Origin: Candidatus Bathyarchaeota archaeon
GTDB lineage: Archaea > Thermoproteota > Bathyarchaeia > Bathyarchaeales > Bathycorpusculaceae
Assembly: GCA_963720565.1 (NCBI GenBank)
Contig: CAVRFW010000007.1
Location: 56,404 to 120,403, forward strand
DNA length: 64,000 nucleotides
Direction of reading: 5' to 3'
Under the pieces are notes generated by a model. The model made no database searches, was not told the DNA's origin, and saw only the letters and a program-made list of their open reading frames with translations. The number at the start of each line of letters is the position of its first letter. Within the stretch, counting starts at the first letter, position 1. The position numbers and the translations under genes were made by a program. This document shows, piece after piece, positions 31,755 to 41,453 of this stretch.

Positions 31755-31857
31755 TTCTGTCCCCAAAATAAAATAGGTAACTGAACATTTAGGGTTTTCT
31801 GGCTAAAACAAAATCAGAAGACAAAAGAAAGTACAGTAGTCCCAGTTAAAAAATCCT

Positions 31858-31925
31858 ACGCGCAGGAAATTTGACTATAAAATGGGCGTGTTTAGTCAAG
31901 AAACCTTTACAAAAACCCCTTTAAA
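31858..31925 (+). repeat. Element A copy
   Basis: TTGACTA-N15-TAGTCAAGAAACCTTTACAAAAACCCCTTT. Confidence 0.85.
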
Positions 31926-31959
31926 ACACAGCCACCAAACAATACATGGCGAAAAAAAC

Positions 31960-33444
31960 ATGAGCAAACACGCTGCAATTCTCCTTGCACTAATCTTACT
32001 CACTCCACTACTTGTAGCGCCGGTTCGGCCTGTCTCTGCTGCTACGTCGGATTCTTGGACGACTATGGCTCCTATGCAGGTTGCGAGATGCGATTTGGGC
32101 GTCGTCACGTTAGGCGGCAGAATATACGCAATAGGCGGAAGCACAGAAAGCGGATACATACCGAACACCGTTGGAAACAACTACACAGCCAAAGGATGGA
32201 TATCGAACTTCAATGAAGAATACAATCCGGCAATAGGCACATGGGCTTTCAAGAAGCCAATGCCCACTCCCAGATACGAGTTTGCGGCAGCTGCTTGCCA
32301 GAACAAGATCTACTGCATAGGCGGTGTGGTTGACTGGCATGTTGGATACTATATTAACCGCACAAAGATCAATGAAGTTTACAACCCGGCGGCTGATATA
32401 TGGGAGAAGAGAGCATCTGTGCCTTTTAGCCCAGAGGGTCAGGCAAACGTTGTTGGTGGCAAAATCTATTTGGTCGGAGGAGGCGAAACAGGAACGTTAA
32501 ACCAAGTCTATGACCCTGCAGCCGACTCTTGGACCCTCGGAGCTTCCTTGCCGGAGAAAGTCTCATTTCAGGTATCTGTTGTCCTCGACGGCAGAATATA
32601 CGTCAGCGGATTCCTTCAATCCTTGGGAAACGAGTTCCTTGATTCTAAGAATTATGTCTACGACCCGCCAACTGACACTTGGGCCTCGTGTGCCGCTCTT
32701 CCAGCCGACACTTTCAGCGGCGAAGGTGTCCCATGGAGGGGGAACTGGTCGTCGGAAGCTGCCGGTGCAACAACAGGAACGTTGTCTTTAAAACGGATCT
32801 ACGTTTTTTTCACGCAGTATGTTTATTCAGGTCCACTTCCGAATCTGGTCTACAACCCGGTTAACGACTCTTGGTCTCGTGGCGCTGATGTCCCCACAAA
32901 CCGTGAAGATTTCGGCGTTGCTGTCTTAGATGACATGGTGTATCTGGTTGGAGGAAAATATCTTGAGTATCCGTTTCCTGATGACAATTACTTCACAGTA
33001 ACACCATTATCGACTAATGAGAGGTATACTCCGTTTGGTTATGGGGTGCCAGACCCCTCTCCCGTGAAATTCTTTGACAGCATTGCCCCAAAAATCACAA
33101 TTACGTCACCAGAGAACAAAACGTACAACACGGACAGTGTCCTCTTGAACTTCACAACTAGTGAACACGCCGCCCAAATACTGTATAGTCTTGACGGATT
33201 GGAAAACGCGACGTTAAGCGGGAACATCACTCTTTCTGGATTGTCAAACGGTGTGCATGACTTGATTGTCTACGCCAATGACACTTCTGGAAACACTGGA
33301 GCCTCAGAAACGCTATTCTTCACGATCGCAAAGCCAGAGCCTTTCCCAACAACACTACTCCTCGGCTCCGCAATTGCAGCAGTGGCTGTGGTTGGCGTTG
33401 GTTTGCTGTTTTACCTCAAGAAACGCCGGGCAATTCCTCATTGA
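31960..33444 (+). CDS. Kelch-propeller + Ig surface protein with EPFPT anchor
   Basis: Kelch repeats; paralogue of 11687 and 28825. Confidence 0.9.
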   Translation: MSKHAAILLALILLTPLLVAPVRPVSAATSDSWTTMAPMQVARCDLGVVTLGGRIYAIGGSTESGYIPNTVGNNYTAKGWISNFNEEYNPAIGTWAFKKPMPTPRYEFAAAACQNKIYCIGGVVDWHVGYYINRTKINEVYNPAADIWEKRASVPFSPEGQANVVGGKIYLVGGGETGTLNQVYDPAADSWTLGASLPEKVSFQVSVVLDGRIYVSGFLQSLGNEFLDSKNYVYDPPTDTWASCAALPADTFSGEGVPWRGNWSSEAAGATTGTLSLKRIYVFFTQYVYSGPLPNLVYNPVNDSWSRGADVPTNREDFGVAVLDDMVYLVGGKYLEYPFPDDNYFTVTPLSTNERYTPFGYGVPDPSPVKFFDSIAPKITITSPENKTYNTDSVLLNFTTSEHAAQILYSLDGLENATLSGNITLSGLSNGVHDLIVYANDTSGNTGASETLFFTIAKPEPFPTTLLLGSAIAAVAVVGVGLLFYLKKRRAIPH

Positions 33445-33536
33445 GGATGTTCCATCCGTGGAACGTTTTGTTCCAAAGATAGAGCGAAATACCAGTCACA
33501 AGCCATTATCATATAGCGAGGAAGAGGAAATACCCC

Positions 33537-34823
33537 GTGAAGAATACAGCGTTAGTAATGACACTAATACTGGCACTCCTAACGTCACTAATGTTTGGAG
33601 TGCAGCCTGTTAAGTCAAGTCCTAAAACCATTGTTGTCCCTGAAGATTATTCCACAATTCAGGAGGCTGTCAGTCACGCTGCTGACGGCGACACAGTGCT
33701 GGTGAAAAACGGAATCTATCCAATGGATGAAAACACTACAATTGTTATAAGCAAAACTCTGCACCTAGTCGGAGAAGACCCTGCAAAAACAGTGATTCTT
33801 GGAGTCTCCAGCAATCAATATGACAGGGGTGTCGCAATTAGGCTTGCAGCCCCAAACATAACAGTCTCAGGATTCACTATAACAGACTTCAGGGTGGCGA
33901 TTGCGTTGGTAAACTATTTTGGAGAGCCAAATCCCTTAGGATGCAGAATAATCAATAACAACATCGTAAACAATTCTGAGGGCATCAGACCTCAAAGAAA
34001 CGACCTGCTTATTTCGGAAAACAACATCACCAAGAACGGCATCGGAATAGCAGGTTACAATACAGAAAACGTCTTTGTCACTCGAAATAACATAAGCGAA
34101 AACGGGTATGGCGTAAATATTGGAATATGCAGAAACATCACGATCAGCGAAAACCAAATTTCTGATAACACGGGCGCAATAAATCTAGCCTATTATGGAC
34201 CTTACTTTGTCTATGGCAATAAAATAACAGACAACAGTTGGGGAATCAGATTTGCAGAAGCCTGCAGCAACGCAACCGTCTATGGCAATAACATCACGCA
34301 AAACGGTGTTGGAGTCGCGTTGCTTAATTTCCCAAACGCTGGAGACATAGTTGTCAGCGGAGTCGGAAACACAGTTTTTGGCAATCTGTTCCTTAATAAC
34401 ACTAGGCAAGTAGCCAAGGAAGAAAGCAATTACAACTATCCAAACACGACGAGAATGGGCACAGACATTGTCTCATGGGATAACAGCACCGTAGGCAACT
34501 ACTGGAGTGACTATTCTGGACTGGACTATAACAATGACGGAATAGGCGATACAGCATACATCATAGACGAAAACAACAAAGACAACTACCCGTTAATTTC
34601 GCCATCTGAGATGTCTCCAATTCCAAATTCCAATTCGCCTCCTTCACCAACACCCATACCTACACTGGCTCCAACACCGACTACAAGTCCAGAACCCACA
34701 CCGGAACCGGAGCCTTTCCCAACAACCTTCGTCATCGGTTCCGTAGTCGCTGTGGTGGCTGATGGTTGGTTTGGGTCTGCTGGTTTACCTCAAGAAACGC
34801 CGTCGTTAAGCAGAAACCTTTAG
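33537..34823 (+). CDS. NosD beta-helix surface protein; anchor frameshifted near 34762
   Basis: IVVPEDYSTIQEAV, GNYWSDY, EPFPTT; GLGLLVYLKKRRR* lies in another frame. Confidence 0.88.
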   Translation: MKNTALVMTLILALLTSLMFGVQPVKSSPKTIVVPEDYSTIQEAVSHAADGDTVLVKNGIYPMDENTTIVISKTLHLVGEDPAKTVILGVSSNQYDRGVAIRLAAPNITVSGFTITDFRVAIALVNYFGEPNPLGCRIINNNIVNNSEGIRPQRNDLLISENNITKNGIGIAGYNTENVFVTRNNISENGYGVNIGICRNITISENQISDNTGAINLAYYGPYFVYGNKITDNSWGIRFAEACSNATVYGNNITQNGVGVALLNFPNAGDIVVSGVGNTVFGNLFLNNTRQVAKEESNYNYPNTTRMGTDIVSWDNSTVGNYWSDYSGLDYNNDGIGDTAYIIDENNKDNYPLISPSEMSPIPNSNSPPSPTPIPTLAPTPTTSPEPTPEPEPFPTTFVIGSVVAVVADGWFGSAGLPQETPSLSRNL

Positions 34824-34885
34824 TCAATAATTCTTTACAAAAACTCCTTTTAGACTGAGGCTGCCCATTAATGGATGGTAATGCC

Positions 34886-35839
34886 ATGAAGAAAACTGCA
34901 TTGGCATTGGCTGCAATAATGGGGTTTGTAGTCATTGCTCGTCCAACGGTTGCGATTGCAGCTGCTAATCCTATCCCTTACCCAAATACACCCAGCACAG
35001 AATTGCCAACTCTGACTATTAGAACCCCAAAAAATTATTCTGATTACTATGCAAATAACACCTTCAAATTAGAGTTTATTATTATACAACCTGAGTCTTG
35101 GAATTCATACTACAGGGGATTTATCCCCATCATAGGATCTTACGGCACGCGCGTGTATTTGGATGGCAATGCTAACTGGAATCTTCAAAGGTCTCCAAGA
35201 AGTAACACTGTAACAGACTATGCAGCCATTTTCAGCAACCTGACTGACACTGAACATGCAGTGCACATAGTGGTTGAGGCAAGTGCATCTTACAGGGCAT
35301 ATTATACGAAAGATGGTGAAACTATCACAACTGGAAGAACAAACAACACCTACATCACCCAAACCGTGCATTTTCAACTAGAACCTGCTTCCAAAACAGT
35401 ATCATTCCAAAAGGATCCCCAGGTAGTGAGCAAAGACCCCTATCCAGACCCCCCAACACCTGTTCCCACTACGATTTCGCCTCAAAACACAAGCTACACC
35501 ACAGACAACATAGCCCAATTCACGCTGCCACTATGCTTCACAATCAACGCAACTGCTTCATGGATAGGTTACTGCTTGGATAATCAATCAAGAATTACCA
35601 TTCATGGAAACAGCACTCTATCAGAATTAAGTGCAGGTCCACATAACATGACATTGTTTGCCAGCGGCACTTTTGGCAATATGGGTATTTCAAACACCAC
35701 TTACTTCAGCATAGAGCCTGCGACAGAACCAGGATCCCTCCCTGGAATTCCTGTCACGGCATATGTGAGTGTGGCAGCCACTCTCAGCATTGGCTTGCTT
35801 GTCTACCTCAAGAAACGCCGTGGGGAAAAGAGTCCATGA
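34886..35839 (+). CDS. Secreted Ig-like surface protein with TM-YLKKR tail
   Basis: MKKTALALA...AANP signal; WIGYCLD and HNMTLFA Ig motifs. Confidence 0.8.
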   Translation: MKKTALALAAIMGFVVIARPTVAIAAANPIPYPNTPSTELPTLTIRTPKNYSDYYANNTFKLEFIIIQPESWNSYYRGFIPIIGSYGTRVYLDGNANWNLQRSPRSNTVTDYAAIFSNLTDTEHAVHIVVEASASYRAYYTKDGETITTGRTNNTYITQTVHFQLEPASKTVSFQKDPQVVSKDPYPDPPTPVPTTISPQNTSYTTDNIAQFTLPLCFTINATASWIGYCLDNQSRITIHGNSTLSELSAGPHNMTLFASGTFGNMGISNTTYFSIEPATEPGSLPGIPVTAYVSVAATLSIGLLVYLKKRRGEKSP

Positions 35840-37590
35840 AGAAGGCAGCAGTATTGTTGGCATTTAGCGTGGCGATTCTAATCTCAACACTTTCCGTCAT
35901 TCAGGCTAAAGCCGAGCAGTGGAGCTCACCAGCACAAATCGTGACCCCTTGGTTGGCTAGGCAAGTTGCTCTCTCGATGAGTGCTGATGGAAGCAAAATA
36001 TTGTATTCCGCCTGGGAGGGAGAAGGAGACTGCGACATTTTCATCATCAACTCTGACGGTACCGGGGAGAAGCAGTTAACGGATAGTTCAAGGCTGGAAG
36101 GGTATGCATCAATCAGCGCTGATGGGAGCAAAATTGCCTTCTTGTCCTTCAAATGGTGGGACACTGGTGCGGGCGAACCTCTTCAGGTTGATTATCAGCT
36201 TTTCGTGGTGAATTCAGACGGCACGGGACTTAGTCGGCTGACCGATATGGAAGCGGGCATCCCGTCTATCAATGGCGATGGCAGCAAAGTGGCATTTTGC
36301 TCTGAGGGACTTCTCTATGTGGTTAACTCAGATGGAACGGGACTCAAGCAGCTAACCAACACTAGCACTGCCCTAGACCCTGTTATTAGCGGGGACGGAA
36401 GCAAGATAGCGTTTATCTACAAAGTATACGATTCTGACCCCAATGAGGAAACCAACGATCCCTATTCTGACGATTACGAGTTGCTGGTCATAAACTCTGA
36501 TGGAACGGGACTGAGACAGCTGACTTTCAACCGTTACATTTACTATTTTGACACCTATCCCTCAATCAGCGCTGACGGCAACAGAATAGCTTTCTCAGAT
36601 GGCCCACTTTTCGTGGTTAACTCTGACGGAACAGGACTCAAACAACTGACCAGCAATGGAACAACGAGTATACTCTTCCCCTCTATAAACGGGGATGGAA
36701 CCAGGATAGTTTATTCCTCGTCTCAGTACCTGTATGGGGATAGCACTGTGACCTTTTTCTTGACTAGTACCGATGGGTCAGAATTGACCAACTTGGGATC
36801 TTGGGGTTTTGGCGAGGTGGCTGGGGGACCTTGCATTAGTATAGACGGAAGCACTATAGCCCTCCCATTTTATCGTGAGGGAATCTATGTTAGTTATAAC
36901 ATGGACAGATACAAAGATTTGAGCCCGCCCACCTCAGCTGCAGCCTATGACGGGCAGTGGCATGCCTCTGACTTCAACATCAACCTCACGGCTTCTGACG
37001 ACTTGCTAGTAGCTGCGACTTTCTACAAGATCAATAACGGTGAGACAAAAAACGTCGCTGAAGATGGGCAACCGCTCATCATTACAGAAGGTGCAAACAA
37101 CACGCTAGAATACTGGAGCAGAGATATCTCGGGAAAAATTGAACAGCACAGGCTCTTAACCGACATAAAGCTTGATAAATCAGACCCCACAGGATCGATA
37201 ACCATAAACGACGATGCCAACTCCACCTATTCCACTTCGGTCACACTTTCAATAATCGCCAGTGATGTCTCAGGCATAGCAGAAATGCGTTTCAGCCACA
37301 ATGGAACAGACTGGACAACTTGGGAAAAGTACACTGAATCCAAGAGCTGGACGCTACTTGCGGGAGCAGGAAGCAAGACCGCGTATGCCCAGTTTAAAGA
37401 CAACTCTGGGATGGTTTCCCAAATCTACTTCGACTCCATCGAATTAGTCGTTTTTGAACCCACATCCACGCCACAGCCAGAGAATTCTACTGCATCACTC
37501 GTTGCAGCTTCAGTTGGTATCGCAACAGCTCTCACAGGAACATGTCTGTTCGTTTATTTGAAGAAATTCTGCAGGAATAAGAATCCATGA
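35836..37590 (+). CDS. TolB-like (PD40) propeller + Ig-like surface protein
   Basis: Repeated PSISADGSKIAF...VVNSDGTGLKQLT; C-terminal TM-YLKK. Confidence 0.88.
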   Translation: MKKAAVLLAFSVAILISTLSVIQAKAEQWSSPAQIVTPWLARQVALSMSADGSKILYSAWEGEGDCDIFIINSDGTGEKQLTDSSRLEGYASISADGSKIAFLSFKWWDTGAGEPLQVDYQLFVVNSDGTGLSRLTDMEAGIPSINGDGSKVAFCSEGLLYVVNSDGTGLKQLTNTSTALDPVISGDGSKIAFIYKVYDSDPNEETNDPYSDDYELLVINSDGTGLRQLTFNRYIYYFDTYPSISADGNRIAFSDGPLFVVNSDGTGLKQLTSNGTTSILFPSINGDGTRIVYSSSQYLYGDSTVTFFLTSTDGSELTNLGSWGFGEVAGGPCISIDGSTIALPFYREGIYVSYNMDRYKDLSPPTSAAAYDGQWHASDFNINLTASDDLLVAATFYKINNGETKNVAEDGQPLIITEGANNTLEYWSRDISGKIEQHRLLTDIKLDKSDPTGSITINDDANSTYSTSVTLSIIASDVSGIAEMRFSHNGTDWTTWEKYTESKSWTLLAGAGSKTAYAQFKDNSGMVSQIYFDSIELVVFEPTSTPQPENSTASLVAASVGIATALTGTCLFVYLKKFCRNKNP

Positions 37591-38315
37591 AGAAAACAGC
37601 CTTATTCCTCGTACTCATTCTTGGAATTATCTTAGCTCCAGCTGTCACACAAAAAGTCAACTTGACAGGAGCAAATCCCATCAACTATTCACCACCTGAG
37701 CCAGCAATTCCAGAGTTCACTTTAAAATATTCAGATAATTCCTATAATGTGGTTGGCAACTTCGTACAGAATAAATCAATAGAGATCACAATCAAGAATC
37801 AGCCAACAGCTTATGTCCTTTGCTATAATGCTAAAGCAAAAAGTCACTCTTCTGAAAATTGGACATCCTATGAGTATTATAATAACAGTAGCTATCTTAC
37901 TCCCCAGTTCTTTCTTCCAAATAGACTGTTAGCTTGGAATTCTACCATGACTGTTCTTGCTTTCGGCTTTCAGGGAAACAATGGTTCCGACAACTACAAT
38001 TTGATGTTGGGAAAAGTCAACGATGGTGACAAGATAGATTTTCAAGTTCAAGCATACATAGGGAATTGGTTTCCCGGCAGAGTAGTCAATGCCACTGCCA
38101 GCATTGATTATTGGTCATTAAATATTGATGCAACAGGCGATTGGAGCCCCACACAAACTATAACCATTCAAGAAAGTTCTATTCCAGAACCTACACCCCT
38201 ACTAGAGCCTTTCCCAACAACCCTAGCCATAGTGTCTGCAATTGCAGTGGCTGCTGTGTTCGGTTTGGGTTTGCTGGTTTACCTCAAAAAACGCCAAAAG
38301 ACTACGAACGCATGA
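37587..38315 (+). CDS. Secreted surface protein with EPFPT anchor
   Basis: Signal peptide, P.IPEFTLK, FQVQA.IG, GDWSPTQTITI, conserved tail. Confidence 0.82.
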   Translation: MKKTALFLVLILGIILAPAVTQKVNLTGANPINYSPPEPAIPEFTLKYSDNSYNVVGNFVQNKSIEITIKNQPTAYVLCYNAKAKSHSSENWTSYEYYNNSSYLTPQFFLPNRLLAWNSTMTVLAFGFQGNNGSDNYNLMLGKVNDGDKIDFQVQAYIGNWFPGRVVNATASIDYWSLNIDATGDWSPTQTITIQESSIPEPTPLLEPFPTTLAIVSAIAVAAVFGLGLLVYLKKRQKTTNA

Positions 38316-38375
38316 AGATTTCATTTAAACTAAACTCTAAAGGATCCCCTTGATAAAGGAAGGCTATTCAAGGTG
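38310..38375 (+). repeat. Element B copy closing the surface-protein array
   Basis: ATGAAGATTTCATTTAAACTAAACTCTAAAGGATCCCCTTGATAAAGGAAGG...TCAAGGTG. Confidence 0.85.
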
Positions 38376-38608
38376 TTTCCAGTTTTGAATGCTGCTGCTT
38401 CTTTTGGCGGTGAACACGCGCTAAATTGATGAAACAATAACAGCTGTCAAGCGCACCACAAAGCCTCTTCCTAACCTACTTTCAACCTCCTATTTTGATA
38501 CAATTTGCTTGGATAGTGCGCTATAGGGAATGGACTTTTAAAGCCTGATTTACAGGAAGACAGGATTAATAGCAGTCGTAGCCATTTTTAAGAACACGCA
38601 TGACTTGC

Positions 38609-39439
38609 TTATTTGACTAGTTTTCTTCTCATTAGGAAGATGGATAGGAAAAAGAAAGTCAATGCCGCAGCCAGCATCCAAACAATACTCAAGGCAGTCA
38701 GTACCTCTGGGCTGAGCCCTAGGAGTGGCTCCATTTTTCCAAGTGCAAGTGCTCTTGTTAAACCAACCAGGTGTGTTAGTGGCAGGAGGGTGAAAGCTAT
38801 GGTTTGGATTGCTTCCGGCAAGACTGTTAGTGGGAAGAAGGTTCCGCTGAGTAGGAACATGGGTGTGATGTAGAGGAATGATGGAAAATTGAAGAAGTCA
38901 ATGTTTGAGGCGAGTGCAGTGAAGCACATGCCTATGGAGGCAAACAGTAGCCCGCCGAGGAATGCGAGCGCTGGGATTAGGAGTGCAAGTGGGCTGGAGA
39001 TTAAGCCGAAAGCTGCAACTATTGTTAGGACGATTGTGCCGTTTATTGTTGCGCGTGTTGCGCCCCATAAGAGTTCGCCTGCTATGACTTCGTCTAGGTT
39101 GATGGGTGTGGCGATGATGGCGTCGAAAGTTTTCTGAAAGTACATGCGTACAAAAGAAGCGTAGGTGCATTCGAAGAAGGCGCCGTACATTACTGCGATG
39201 GAGATTAGGCCTGGACCGATGAATTGAATGTATGAGGTTCCTTCAATCGTTCCTGTGATGAGAGATCCTAAGCCGACTCCGAATGCTGCAAGGTACAAGA
39301 TTGGCTCTAGGAGTGCGGGCAAGAAGTTGACGAATATTGTTTTGGTGAAAACGTCGAAGTCCCTCTGCCAGACCCTCCAGACGCGGTAGGTGAGCTTCGG
39401 GAAAAAGGAAGAGCCTGGCTTTTTGTTGTCTGTTGTCAT
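38609..39439 (-). CDS. ABC-2 type permease (NodJ-like)
   Basis: EPILYL, FECTY.SF.RM, TPMFLLSGTFFP motifs. Confidence 0.9.
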   Translation of the reverse strand: MTTDNKKPGSSFFPKLTYRVWRVWQRDFDVFTKTIFVNFLPALLEPILYLAAFGVGLGSLITGTIEGTSYIQFIGPGLISIAVMYGAFFECTYASFVRMYFQKTFDAIIATPINLDEVIAGELLWGATRATINGTIVLTIVAAFGLISSPLALLIPALAFLGGLLFASIGMCFTALASNIDFFNFPSFLYITPMFLLSGTFFPLTVLPEAIQTIAFTLLPLTHLVGLTRALALGKMEPLLGLSPEVLTALSIVWMLAAALTFFFLSIFLMRRKLVK

Positions 39440-40359
39440 TCTCGCAGTTTTCTCCCGGTTAGCTTTAGGAAGACGTCTTCCAGGTTGGCGACGCGAATGC
39501 TCATTGGCATTCCTGGAAATTTGCGGGTTATTCTCTCGAAGCTGCCATGCGGTTGATTGGTGAATATTCGGATTTGGTCATTGTAGATTTCGATGTGTGC
39601 GTCGGGCAATTCTTCTTTTAGCAGTTTCAGTGTTGTTTCGTCAAATTGGAGTTCTAAAACTTCTTCGCCCGCGTGTTTCTTTACGAGGTTTTGAGGTGAG
39701 CCTTTTTCGATTATTTTGCCGTTGTCTATGATTAGGACTCTGTCGCATAGGGCGGCTGCTTCTTCCATGTAATGAGTGGTTAGGATTATTGTTACGCCTT
39801 TTTTCTTTAGGGTTCGGATTTGGTCCCATACGATGTGTCGGCCTTGCGGGTCTAATCCCGTGGTTGGTTCGTCTAGGAGAAGAAGTTGGGGCTCGTTAAT
39901 CAGTGCTCGTGCCATGATTAGGCGTCGTTTCATGCCTGTGGACAGCTGCTCTATTGACTTGGTTTGTTTTTCTTCGAGTTGAAAGAACTTCAGCAGGTCC
40001 AGGGCTCTTCTTGTAGCTTCAGTCTTTGGCATGTCAAAGTAGCGCGCGTAGACCTGTAGGTTTTTGATGACGTTGAAGTCTGGATCGAGGTTGTCCTCTT
40101 GAGGAGCGACGCCCACGATTTTCTTTATGTCTCGAGACTGTGTGGAAGCGTCCATCCCGGCTACGCTCAGTGAACCTTCAGTGATGGGTAAGAAGCAGTA
40201 GATCATTCGCACGGTGGTGGTTTTTCCTGCACCGTTTGGTCCTAAGAATCCCACGCATTCTCCCCTATAGACTTCAAAATTTATGTGGTCCACGGCCACG
40301 AAATCATTGAATTTCTTTGTGAGATTCTGAGCGGCTATAACGACTTCTGAAGAATTCAT
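39436..40359 (-). CDS. ABC transporter ATP-binding protein (NodI/DrrA-like)
   Basis: GPNGAGKTT, LSTGMKRR, LLDEPTTGLD, TTHYMEEA. Confidence 0.93.
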   Translation of the reverse strand: MNSSEVVIAAQNLTKKFNDFVAVDHINFEVYRGECVGFLGPNGAGKTTTVRMIYCFLPITEGSLSVAGMDASTQSRDIKKIVGVAPQEDNLDPDFNVIKNLQVYARYFDMPKTEATRRALDLLKFFQLEEKQTKSIEQLSTGMKRRLIMARALINEPQLLLLDEPTTGLDPQGRHIVWDQIRTLKKKGVTIILTTHYMEEAAALCDRVLIIDNGKIIEKGSPQNLVKKHAGEEVLELQFDETTLKLLKEELPDAHIEIYNDQIRIFTNQPHGSFERITRKFPGMPMSIRVANLEDVFLKLTGRKLRE

Positions 40360-40540
40360 TTCCGTTCACATGGGCAATGCTGGAGACAACTTGAACTTAC
40401 TCTCTTGCCGAAGGCTGATTTATAGGTTTTTGAGACGACACCTTTGAGTGTTTCGGGCACGGCGAGTGATAATCGTCACAAAGCCTTGGGCTAGCCAAGA
40501 GTAGCATGCGCGCGCTCTTGATTGGTTGGGTTAGAGTCTG

Positions 40541-41173
40541 TTACGTGATCGACGCAATCAGATATGCCATACCCTTTGCAAAATGTCTTTCTGAAGATTT
40601 CAACTTGAAGGCTTTCGAAAAGAGGGGGCACTCAAGAACTAAAGTGTGAAACTCCCCATTCTCTCCCAAAGGGTCGAGGCTTCCAATTCTTGACAGGAAA
40701 TCAGCGCTCGTATCTTTGTCGATGACGTATCCCAGCAATTCCTGTCCCGTATACTTCAGGTTCACTCCAGTAACCAAAGCCTTGAATCCTAAACTGAATA
40801 TTTCATGAAAAAGCTCCAGAGTATCTCGTCCATAAAGCGGTTCAAGCAATTTCAAACCGGTCTTACTGCAAACATCTTCAAGACCCAGACGATGCGCCTC
40901 AACATTAACGTCTCCAGCCACCAAAGCATCAACCTCGAGGCTCTCAAGCTTTTCAATAAACGCTCCTTCCTTCTGAAAATCCACGATTGACAAATGTTTT
41001 CCCATGGATACCGCCAGAACTTTCAGGGCTTCAATATTTTCAGCGTGAGGCGAAGGCCAAGGAAGAGTAGGAAGCACAGTAACAAGATGATTAACATTGA
41101 CGCCCTGTTTCTCGACAAGGTACTCAGCGTAAAGCGAATCTTTGCCGCCAGAAAATAGAGCCGCCGCCTTCAT
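40541..41173 (-). CDS. Diphthine-ammonia ligase (Dph6)-like PP-loop ATPase
   Basis: FSGGKDS and GENGEFHTLV motifs. Confidence 0.88.
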   Translation of the reverse strand: MKAAALFSGGKDSLYAEYLVEKQGVNVNHLVTVLPTLPWPSPHAENIEALKVLAVSMGKHLSIVDFQKEGAFIEKLESLEVDALVAGDVNVEAHRLGLEDVCSKTGLKLLEPLYGRDTLELFHEIFSLGFKALVTGVNLKYTGQELLGYVIDKDTSADFLSRIGSLDPLGENGEFHTLVLECPLFSKAFKLKSSERHFAKGMAYLIASIT

Positions 41174-41453
41174 TGATCAAACATCCCAGGAGAGCAATTT
41201 CAACCACAGATTTAAGAAAGTTGCCCTGCAAACGCCGCCAAACTCTACCTTCGTCGGCGAGTTGGCCTTGCCAGCGAAAGGTTTTGATAAAAAGGAAGAG
41301 GCGAAAAACAAAATCGCAGAGTGGTGCAACACCCTCAAAATAACGTAAAGCGCTGACTTTTTCATAGCGCGCGTTTCCAACACTTGTTATTGTAGTAGTA
41401 CAACCACATTTGCTTAATACCGAGAATACCCCTAAGCCTATCGGTGAAGAAAG

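Noticed and set aside
241..38375. CRISPR array interpretation of the recurring 30-40 bp repeats
   Set aside because: Copies are kilobases apart, degenerate and separated by whole genes. There are no regular spacers and no cas operon.
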